A stretch of DNA of 19,135 bases from Ginkgo biloba (taxonomy: Eukaryota; Plantae; Ginkgophyta): NCBI GenBank assembly GCA_024626585.2, contig JANKJI020000002.1, forward strand, positions 185,857,435 through 185,876,569, in the 5' to 3' direction. A model generated the notes under the pieces. The model made no database searches, had not been told where the DNA came from, and saw only the letters and a list, made by a program, of their open reading frames with translations. Below, piece by piece: positions 9,774-19,135 of the stretch (position 1 is its first letter; the number at the start of each line of letters is the position of its first letter). A program made the position numbers and the translations under genes.

Positions 9774-10078
9774 TCGTTTTCCTCGCATTCGACTTTTAAA
9801 TATTATTTTACGCCAAATTTGTGATGTCACGTTGTTAAGCTAAGCAATAGCAGCTCCTTAAAATTTTCACACGATTTGGTTGGTGTGGAAACAAAAGGAA
9901 AAATCCGGAGAGGTGTTTTCGTTTTCCTCGCATTCGACTTTTAAATATTATTTTACGTCAAACTTGTGATGTCACATTGTTATACTCAGCAATAGCAGCT
10001 CCTTAAAATTTTCACAGGATTTGGTTGATGTAGAAACAAAAGGAAAAATGCCCGTCAACGCCAATTAGGTGTTTTCGG
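9774..10078. repeat. ~145-bp tandem duplication upstream of the peroxidase
   Basis: 9774-9904 versus 9919-10049: 131 bp with 9 mismatches by manual alignment (~93%). aggtgttttcg follows both copies. Confidence 0.95.
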
Positions 10079-10128
10079 AAGTTGTTATGGCTTAATTGGA
10101 TATTGTCAAATTAAAATAATAGTAATAA

Positions 10129-10481
10129 TCATACTACTAAAATAATAGCCTCTCCCAACCGCAGAAAAATAATAAAATATTATTTTCAGATGGGATTGCA
10201 TAGATTGCCATGAGTAAAAGACTAGGGTTCATGGAGTTTATCATTACTTGACAAAGTTGGAGTAAGTTGAGGGTGTGCTTGGTGTCTAAATTTATTGGAA
10301 TAATATATAGCCATAATATTTACAAATATATGGAAACGATGGAAGTGACAGTGAGGCAATGGGTCTTGGCCACTGAGACAAAGGCCTAATGANNNNNNNN
10401 NNNNNNNNNNNNNNNNNNNNNNNNNNNNNNNNATAAAAAGTACTACACCATGGAAATTATTTTCCACGGGCAAAGGACTAG
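10129..10481 (+). mobile_element. Putative short non-autonomous Helitron
   Basis: 5' end A|TCATACTACTAAAA at 10129. 3' hairpin ccatggaaa-ttat-tttccacgg (10448-10469), then CTAG (10478-10481) followed by T. Inserted between A and T with no TSD, as expected for a Helitron. Confidence 0.55.
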
Positions 10482-11390
10482 TAACATCTAAATCATTGAT
10501 TGGCTATGCCTTTGGATATACGCCTCACCATTATTAATAAGAAAAATAAGTTGGTAGATATGAAGATGAGATAACATCGAGATATTTGTGTGGAGCTCGG
10601 GGAGACCTTTCTTGGGCCTGGGCTTGTCTCACTTTATTACAACTTTATCTATTACTGACCTCAATGAAACCATCCATGCTCAACATAGGATTCTCATCAA
10701 AGTTGTTATGGGAGCTTCGTATATCTTAGTAATTGAAAAGAATTTTCCCAGACTAAAAAATGAAAATGAATCATAGTTATCAACATCACTCTTATGGGAA
10801 GTGATATAAGCTTTGTCGGTCACGGTTTATGAATTTCCTCCCATATGAGAGGAGAAGAAACCATATAAGAAATAATCATTTTAACTTGAATTTTGAGCTA
10901 ATAAACTTATAATATACTACAAAATAGACTTTGACATCCCATAACTCTTATAAGGTTTGCATGCAAACAAGAAAATCCTTCTCATAGGCTTCAAGCTTGC
11001 AAAGTTGTTGGTTATTCTGAATGATGATTTTGCTTCTATTCAATCTGAGCATGAATGTACAAGGGGACTTTGAACAAAATATATAAATTATGAAAGGGGA
11101 AGACTCTCTTCATAGTTGATCAATGTCCTTTCCCTAGTGGAGTAACCAATTTTTTGATAAGTGAAACTATTCCTGCTTGAAGATATACTTGTATCCATGT
11201 TTGAGTAGTCACACTATCTTCCAACAAGAAAAAAATGCTTTGTAGTTGGTTAGTTATCCCTTATTGAAGAAAATTCAATAGAAACTAGACNNNNNNNNNN
11301 NNNNNNNNNNNNNNNNNNNNNNNNNNNNNNNNNNNNNNNNNNNNNNNNNNNNNNNNNNNNNNNNNNNNNNNNNNNNNNNNNNNNNNNNNN

Positions 11391-14146
11391 TAATAAGTTT
11401 TGTTCTAAATCCGATAATGCCATATTTTCAATCTGACTTGAATTGCAAATGTTTGAATATTATCACTTCAAATCACATGAAAGGTTATCCATGTGATTTA
11501 TCCATAATTGATAGGGGTTAAATGGGTTGCCATAAATCAATATGAATAAAAACAACTGGCACATTTTTTAACATTATGTATCATATTATGAATCTTCTGA
11601 TAGGCATAAATCCCACTCACTATCATCAATTAGCAAACCAAGCGCACTCACAACTTACTTATATGTTTAGTAAGTAGCTCCATGAATAGTCCTCAACTCT
11701 TCATAGCTCCATTCACTAGGGAGATGCAATAGTAATGGGCATAGATGAAATCGTTCCTCGTTGGATGGTTGTACAAAGTGTATTTGTCCAACTATAGTGG
11801 ATTGTCTTCTTTTTCCTTTTTTTCAACTCTTATGTTGATAATCCCATGTGTAAAACTTTGGAATTTTGTGGCACAAATATAGCCTTACATCTTCATCGAT
11901 AGAATTAAGGTCAAACCAAGTTGTCAAAGTTGTGTGATGATTTTGGCCACACAACACGTCTTTAATTTTTTTATTTTCATGGAAGTACACCATTTATCTT
12001 TTAGGAAGATGGATTACCAAGTATACCATGTTGGGAAATTCATCATGCGCACGCATATGAAATAGTTGCCAACAATATGCAATGGATGAGATATACCATA
12101 TGTTTAGCCATTTCCTTGGTTCATCAATACATTCATTCTCCTCTCTTTGAATCCCTTCATTAACTATAGTGGCATGATCATGACCCTTATACACATACTT
12201 GTATGGGTATTTTACTACTTTTATAGTGATATAAATCTCTGCATTAATGTGTGAATTATATTTTTTACATAGGTAGAGGTTATGTGAAACTACCCAATGA
12301 TTATCCAATTTGTTTTATTTCCCTTCTCTTATGATCATTGCATGCCTATTATATCTACATCAATATCTAGGATATGCATCCTCATCTTCTAAGGTATCTC
12401 GTATAAATTCACAAGGATAATTCTTAGAATACTTTCCATTATTCATGTACATATAATTCATTCCCATTTCTCTACATGAGCCATGTATCATAGTGGCTAA
12501 TATAGTCACATAAGCACTTAGATGATCACCTAGATCTATAAGTTCTACAAAGACAATATGATCACACTCTTCAATACTCCTTGGTTTATCATCCTCATCT
12601 AGAATAAATAATATATTTATGTGTGGAAACCCACATTTTTAAAACTCAACCAAGTATACATGGCCAATATTATGTCCCAACAAATTCAATTTAGTTAAAT
12701 CACCGCATTTAGTTGTATCTACAAATCCATTATAAAGCTCCACCTGCAAAGCTTTTGGATGTGTATGAATGTATTCCAGTTGTTCAAGTTCCACCTTTAC
12801 ATACATTTTGACTATGTATTAGAGAAACAATCATCTAAAATGGTTAATATATGATTCATCCCTCACTTGTATGACATGTGAATAAAATCACATAGTGCTG
12901 ACCCATTTGGATTGAGTTGCCTACATAATAAAATATAATAATGTAAGCACAAAGCTCAGGTAAGATTTTTTTTTTCTCCATTTATAGTTATCGATATCCA
13001 CTATTACAAATGTCATTCCATTATCATATAAAATATAAGATGACAACATTGTATCTCTATGTTTTTTTTCCAACCAATCTCTCCACATAGGAGCATTAAT
13101 ACACAATGAAAAGGGTCATATGCCATGTGCAAATGACTAACATAATTAATAACGCAACTCTATCCTATTTTCATCACTAAATAACCTTGGTCTATAGCAT
13201 CATCTTATCCTCCCATTACACTAATAAATACTACCACTTATGAGACCAATGGAACATCATATTATCTATTTATTGTTATAGGTGGATCATAAATACGAAG
13301 CTTGATGTCTAGCAACATGTCATTTCCTACTAGTTGAGCTATACTTTTGAAAGCATTGGAGAACTAATTAATTTGAAGAATAATATCTTGAAAATTTCAA
13401 ATCATTGTAAGATAAATCCCATTAAAAATATTCTATTTTCATTCAAGTTGTGTTGTATGGTTATTAAAATATATTTGAGCAAATTTAGGGTTCTCTCCAA
13501 GTGCATTTTGGATAGGCCTAATTTGAAGGTATATGGTGTCATGAATTCTAAAAGTATATGCCCTACTAAAAATACTTATGATATCCCAATCAACATTAAT
13601 GACCATAGGAGATAATGTTAGAAAAAAATTATAAAGCCTTATTTTTATTCTAAATGTTCATGATTCTAGTGTATCTCCAATCAAAAGATCAACCAAAGGT
13701 ATAGGGGGCAAATGTAAATAGGGGATAATAACATCACAATTATAAAAACACATTATAAATATAAGTGAATTTACTCCTCCACCTATACATTCTGTAATCC
13801 ACATCTTTATACCATAATGTTGACACACAACATCCATGCATGGTAACACATGTTGAGAAAAATTTTGCATTCTTTGGTCACATTGTACATTATCCCCATA
13901 AATATTGACCACTTAAAAGTCTTCTCTCTAGTCCAATTGTAAATTTATGCTATCATGCATAATGGTATGACTCCTTACCCTCTCTCACTCGTTCTTCAAT
14001 CGATCATCCCTATCATATTATTGCAATAGTCATTATTGGATTCTCTCATTCTCTCTTGCAAGGAGATAGTACCTTCCTTCAACTTGCACATGTCTCCTAC
14101 TACTCCATTCACATTTTTTTTCATTGTTAGAGTTAGTACTATCCAT
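11391..14146 (-). mobile_element. Helitron Rep/Helicase pseudogene (N-terminal Zn-finger-like region, Rep domain and linker; helicase domain not in the window)
   Basis: Ordered decayed motifs: CQHYGIKMW, FRIKIRLYN, YTFRIHD, PKFAQIY, HMAYDPFHCVLMLLCGEIGW, an intron acceptor at 12921, LFL*YIVKMYVKVE, VYLVEF*KCGFPHINIL (HUH, 12615-12623), MIHGSC, DNHWVV..NLYLCKKYNSHINAE, KYPYKYVYKGHD (Y2), IHLP, TLTTWFDLN, ERFHL..LLLHL, SYEELRTIHG, ALGLLIDDSEW. Many stops. The 5' limit (ATG 14146) is approximate. Confidence 0.95.
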
Positions 14147-16285
14147 TTTTTCAATGACAAAAATTTATATATTACACTAAGAATAAATTACACAACAATT
14201 TAATTGAAAATCATAGTATATCGCATTAAAAATTGCTTCAAAGTGTATAAATCATTATCTCTCTACTCAATAGATTTATATTATAATATATCAATATTAT
14301 AGAAATATCATAACAAATAATACATACATACATACACACACACCTTCTCATACAAAACCTTCCATCCCAAGTCAAGAAAATCATGCCAAAAAATCTACCG
14401 ACTATTCATTTTTTTGGATGACTTTGAATTCTAACAATAGTCACTATTGGGCCCATACAAAAATATTTACATGCAAGAGTGCTCAAATATCAATCAAAAT
14501 TAAATTGTTGATTTCAATAATTTACAGTTTGATTTCATTCCTAAGTAAATCACTTTAATTTACTCACCACATTACTTGCCACATAGTATAGAACAATCTA
14601 CAAAAACCCATAAATACATTTGATAATAAATGAAAGGTGCATTATTAAGTGTTTATAGTTTTTTATTTAGTTACATGTCTCATTAAGATCACATTCATTA
14701 ATTTTTTTTCTTGTATACAGGTTGCATTTACTCTCTCTCATGAAATATTTTTCTCCCTTTTTTAATCAACATTAAAGAATCTGCCTGATAATAACAGTAG
14801 TAATAACAAACATTATATATGTAATAGGTTTTTTATTTTTTATTTTTTTGGCGAGAGGNNNNNNNNNNNNNNNNNNNNNNNNNNNNNNNNNNNNNNNNNN
14901 NNNNNNNNNNNNNNNNNNNNNNNNNNNNNNNNNNNNNNNNNNNNNNNNNNNNNNNNNNGATATTCTGAATGATTAGAGAACTTATCTCTCTAAATTGATA
15001 GAGAACTTCAATTGGGAAGTAAAATACTACATCAATATCACCTCTTTTGAGGTTTCTTGATAAAACTCTTGCTAACTAGGTTAAATATCAACCACCTCTT
15101 TTTCTCTAAGAGATGTGTTCCTCCACCTCTCCCTCCCATCGTTGTCAAAAAGAATGCCCACTTCCTCACTTTCTATGATACCCTTTGTGGGACCCTTTTA
15201 TTCATATTGTCTCTCGACTTCTACATGGAAAGAGAAGAACTAATGAACATGTGTAAGAAACATATGCAATAGATGGAGATTAATAGATGTAGATTCTTCC
15301 CACTGCAACTTTAATCATGTACTTCAATGTAAATTAATAAAATCATTTAAAATTGATTAATATATATCTTAATGGGAGAAGAGGAGAAATAACTTTTTAA
15401 ATGGAATTTCATCCAACTATGTATATGCATAATACACACTATGCTAAAATTGACCACCTAACTAGTAAGGCCTTATCTTCATAGAGAAAAAATTATATCT
15501 TTTAAAATGGCATTAAACTCCCACAATGATTACACTATTAATGAACTTTACTAGCCAATTAATCTTCAAAGAAGATGTTGGCGTTGAATAACTTTGTTGT
15601 TAAAAAGGTTGACGCCTTCAATAAACTCGATTATCCATGAAATTCAAAAAATATCTTAAATATATAGAAGTTACAAGAAGAAAAATTATAGAAAAGCAAT
15701 ACCACCTAAATTTGAAGAGTTTTTTAATTTTCTTTTCGATTGATTCTCTAGCAAATTGCACCAGATTGGCATGCAATATGATCTATTTTAATTATTTTGG
15801 TACATGTAAACATGATCTAATAATCTTAGCACTAAAAATATGACATATTAATCATAAAGCTACACAAAAGGCCAAAGATGCATGATTTTGTGTTGCCCAC
15901 ACAAATTGAGAATTTAAGAGAAATTGTAGATCCTATGATATTTACACATTTACATGGTTACACCAATGCTTAAATGCATTGTAGAAACATGATTCACAAA
16001 GAAAAAAAAAGTCATGATGGTATGGAAAATTCCAAGCCACATCTCTTGACATTATTATATGCACTGGCTGTAAAATACATTTGTTGTAAACCTCCGAAAA
16101 TATAAACTATAAGAATCAACTCAAGTTAGCAATCTACGAATGAACACATATGAGATGAGTAATGAAATCTCCACTCGAATAAAATGTGAAACTAATCCAT
16201 CTAGAAAATATAGTACAAGAAGACCTGTGCTTATTCCTATGGCTAGTAGCTCTAAGAACTTTGTTATTTTAGGATTTAACATTAA

Positions 16286-16346
16286 TCCAACCTGGCCCAT
16301 GAAGAAACATTGTAGCTGTACTCCAACCCGGCCCATGAAGAAACAT
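16286..16346. repeat. 25-bp direct repeat (period 36) containing GGCCCA
   Basis: tccaacctggcccatgaagaaacat (16286-16310) and tccaacccggcccatgaagaaacat (16322-16346). Confidence 0.9.
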
Positions 16347-16527
16347 CCCACTTGTACATAATTCTTACATAATATTTCAAATGAGGTTATTAACATAAAT
16401 TTGAATCGCTCATATTAAATATACTACNNNNNNNNNNNNNNNNNNNNNNNNNNNNNNNNNNNNNNNNNNNNNNNNNNNNNNNNNNNNNNNNNNNNNNNNN
16501 NNNNNNNNNNNNNNNNNNNNNNNNNNN

Positions 16528-16870
16528 AGAGTGAAGAAAGGGAATGAGAAAATTTGGACCTGGAACAAGATGGTGTCGAATATGGAAGGGAAATTCTTGT
16601 TGATTAATTATGGAAATACCTTGTTTAGATCATTTAAAAAATTAAGACAGAGGGAGTAGAGTGTACAAGAGTACACAAAGAAGTTCTATAAACTATCCAT
16701 TCGGGTTGAGAATGAGGAGAGCGAGGAGAAAAATATTGTAAGGTATATTAATGGAATGAGATATTCCATTAAAGATTAATTATGTTTATAGAAAATTATG
16801 TCTATTGAAGAGGCCTATCAATTAACTTTAAAAGTGGAAGAGAAGATGGCCAAAAATGCAAGGAAGAGGC
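16528..16870 (+). mobile_element. gag: Ty3/gypsy gag fragment (Retrotrans_gag core)
   Basis: RVKKGNEKIWTWNKMVSNMEGKFLLINYGNTLFRSFKKLRQRE*SVQEYTKKFYKLSIR...IVRYINGMRYSIKD*L / SIEEAYQLTLKVEEK, containing the LRQ...SV.EY...F major-homology-like motif. Confidence 0.9.
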
Positions 16871-16957
16871 CTTCCATGAAAAGTGAAGGATCTTCAGTTT
16901 AGAGTTGGAGTGGTGAACTAAGAAGGCATATTTAGAGGTGAGAAACCATAGAGGTTT

Positions 16958-17249
16958 TGTTGGATTATGTACTTCTAATGTATCATATAGTGTCACTTAA
17001 ATATTTTATTAATGTATAATGAGTGTTTTGGTAGGTAGTTGGAAATTAGGGTGTTCAACGACCTCCACCACCTATATAAACCCATTTATGTGTCGATATC
17101 AAGATATGAAGGGTTGTGAATGTAATGGACATGGAAGTCCTGGGTTTAGGACTTCCCCTCATCTTAATTAAGATTTTATTCTCTTATCACCATGCATTTC
17201 TCATGAATGGTTTGCTAAGTCATCTCCCATTGGCATAACCTTGTCAACA
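16958..17249 (+). mobile_element. Short (292 bp) LTR, TGTTG...CAACA
   Basis: 5-bp terminal inverted repeats, internal CTATATAAA at ~17072-17080, and a PBS immediately downstream. It interrupts the upstream gag element. Confidence 0.7.
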
Positions 17250-17251
17250 TT

Positions 17252-17263
17252 TGGTGCCATTAC
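17252..17263 (+). mobile_element. Primer-binding site, tRNA-Asp type (Athila/Tat-like)
   Basis: TGGTGCCATTAC is TGGCGCCGTTGC with three transitions, 2 nt after CAACA. Confidence 0.6.
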
Positions 17264-17583
17264 AATTGGATCGAACCCAAAGTATATAAGGTTATCAATC
17301 CTGGATGGGTGATAATAATAATAGGAGAGATCAATTGAATTGCTAAGGAGATTGAATGAATGCTAATCAATGTACGATCACAAGGGGGAATTCACAAAGG
17401 AATGGTGGTAGATGTTAGGATTTCTATTCTTGGTAATGAAGAAGGAACCTATAGGGAGAAAGTGAGAATAACAAGATCAAGGCATTGTTGTTCCTGGGGG
17501 AATTAGGGAGAACATTTAAAAGCATTTTCGAGCAAGTTGGCAATGGCAGTAAGAAGATCAGGACGACTGAGGTCAAAAAAAGA

Positions 17584-17864
17584 ATTGTGGACGAAGGGTC
17601 GGCAGTAAATGTCATATCGGAGGCAACACGGGAAGAGATGGGCAAACCACGCATTGAGCCAGCTCGTTACACACTCACAATGGCAAACCAATCAAGGGTC
17701 CAATCGCTGGGCACTATTCGAGAAGTAGACGTGAACGTAGTAGGCATCATTGTGAAACAAGATTTTGCAGTACTCTGAATGCATAGCAAAGGCAAAGGTT
17801 ATCCAACATTATTAGGGAGAGAATGGCTCCATGGAACAAAAGCTATCCAAGATTGGGATGCTTA
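17584..17864 (+). mobile_element. Gypsy retropepsin (aspartic protease) fragment
   Basis: IVDEGSAVNVISEATREEMG...LTMANQSRVQSLGTIREV...FAVL*MHSKGKGYPTLLGREWLHGTKAIQDW: D-x-G active-site region and LLGR.WL motif, with one in-frame stop at 17776-17778. Confidence 0.9.
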
Positions 17865-18746
17865 NNNNNNNNNNNNNNNNNNNNNNNNNNNNNNNNNNNN
17901 NNNNNNNNNNNNNNNNNNNNNNNNNNNNNNNNNNNNNNNNNNNNNNNNNNNNNNNNNNNNNNNNTCACCGACGGATGTTAATTTTCTAGCCACTAACAAG
18001 ATAGTAAGAACCACCAAAGAGAATAGTGTCATTGATAAAGAATGGAATGATGTCACGAACTAGAATTCCCAAAGAGAGAGTTGTTGACAGTAGCAACTGG
18101 TAGGAAATCATGTCGTAGGATACGCTAGAGAGAGATGTAGTCTAGCGAGGAGAGAAGATGGCATAAGTGCCATGAAAATAAGAAGGAAACTAACAAAAAT
18201 ATCAATAGAGATAGTTGAGAGGAAATGAGGTGAAGGTGAGCAACATAGAGCACCATCATTTGGCATTGCCAAAGAGAAATCCAAAGACAAGGATGAGTTA
18301 TGAATGATAAGATCAAACTATCATCTGACATCATCAAAAGGAAAATTTTGATGATAGTAGATGGTAAGATGTCTAACAATGTAATGAGCGCTACCAAAGG
18401 GGTAGTGCCACCAATAGAAGGAAAATAAACATTGTTAGGGAATACTGTTGGGTGATCAACATGGTCGATTTGAGAAACCAACAAAGATGTTGATGGAAGA
18501 TAGTGGATGGAAGTAGGTACATTGAACATGGAATCTTGCACTTTAATATTAATGGTGGTAGGTAACCACACTCTTGATAATGAAGAAATTTGGGGCTTGA
18601 GGTAGATACTTAGGTCAACTTAATGGCATAACCACTAGGTTATACCAGAGAAGCATGGGGATACACCATAATATGAGATGGCCATTGGACACATCTTGAT
18701 GGTAGGAGTCATTACATATATAATGGACCTCACCAACCATGTCATT

Positions 18747-19135
18747 GGAGGGGGAAATGTAGGTGCCAAAAAAAAATATGAACGTAATTATATAAGCTGA
18801 GAGGTTTGTTTAGAAGGGGGTTTTGATCATCTTAGTCAGTTCAGTGGGTGTGAAGGAACGATGATTCTAGTGAGTTGTCTATGGAGAATAACCAAAGGAA
18901 TAATATCAATAGAACACTAGGGATGCAGTCAAAGGAGAAGGTATTGACAAATTTGCTGAGGTTTAAAAGTTGGCACTAATTCTATGTTGTGACCCCATCG
19001 AGGGAGTTGAAGGAAAGCAATCAATGAAGCCTTGTGTTAGGTAATCCCATCAGGGAAAATGTCACTTTTTTGTGTCAGAACCAAGAGTTTATTATAAAAC
19101 CCTCAGTTAATGAGGATGATTTAGTAACTTTGTAT
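18747..19135 (+). mobile_element. Polypurine tract and start of a 3' LTR
   Basis: GGAGGGGGAAA (18747-18757) directly followed by TGTAGGTGCCAAAA. The upstream purine-rich non-coding stretch is consistent with a gypsy 3' region. Confidence 0.6.

Larger units (their letters stand above)
1285..17964. other. Seven fixed-length 100-N gaps (probable contig/scaffold joins)
   Basis: Exactly 100 N at 1285-1384, 3681-3780, 7672-7771, 11291-11390, 14859-14958, 16428-16527 and 17865-17964. The other N runs are 10-87 nt. Confidence 0.9.

Noticed and set aside
10480-11290. Pif1 helicase continuation of Rep/Hel
   Set aside because: No GxxGTGKT, DEAPM, GDFRQ or KSQGQT motifs could be read in the frames examined. 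Left unassigned.
8182-14146. Peroxidase and PPR fragments captured by the large minus-strand Helitron
   Set aside because: A 100-N gap separates them, and no minus-strand hairpin-CTAG terminus was found beyond the fragments, so it cannot be supported from this window.
14959-16427. Short ORFs or a Helitron-associated RPA-like gene
   Set aside because: AT-rich ORFs under 100 aa with no convincing motif.
18108-18571. Minus-strand 148-aa and 60-aa ORFs
   Set aside because: Low-complexity antisense readings of a purine-rich gypsy 3' region. An antisense extra ORF cannot be excluded, but nothing here supports one.

Overview
Eukaryotic, AT-rich, repeat-dominated land-plant DNA. The heavy CG/CHG decay and the TE types suggest a large-genome plant, possibly a gymnosperm (inference only). 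Seven gaps of exactly 100 N cut the window into eight pieces, and content changes abruptly at most of them, so adjacency across these gaps is unreliable. Recognisable content: (1) decayed Ty3/gypsy remnants, including two tRNA-Met PBS sites, gag fragments, an integrase C-terminus, a short LTR with a tRNA-Asp-type PBS, an aspartic protease and a PPT/LTR junction; (2) a minus-strand class III peroxidase pseudogene (exon 1 and a broken exon 2) with an apparently intact TATA promoter carrying two local duplications, followed by a decayed PLS-class PPR fragment; (3) a probable ~350 bp non-autonomous Helitron upstream of that promoter; (4) a decayed Helitron Rep/Hel gene with an in-frame deletion of Rep motif 1. 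The most unusual structure is at 4.7-7.0 kb: two phased arrays totalling about 19 copies of a 22-bp G-box-centred palindrome (consensus GATGGTGCCACGTGGCACCATC). They recur every ~95-110 bp with dissimilar spacers, and each array is followed by a related LTR-like terminus. No intact protein-coding gene is present.
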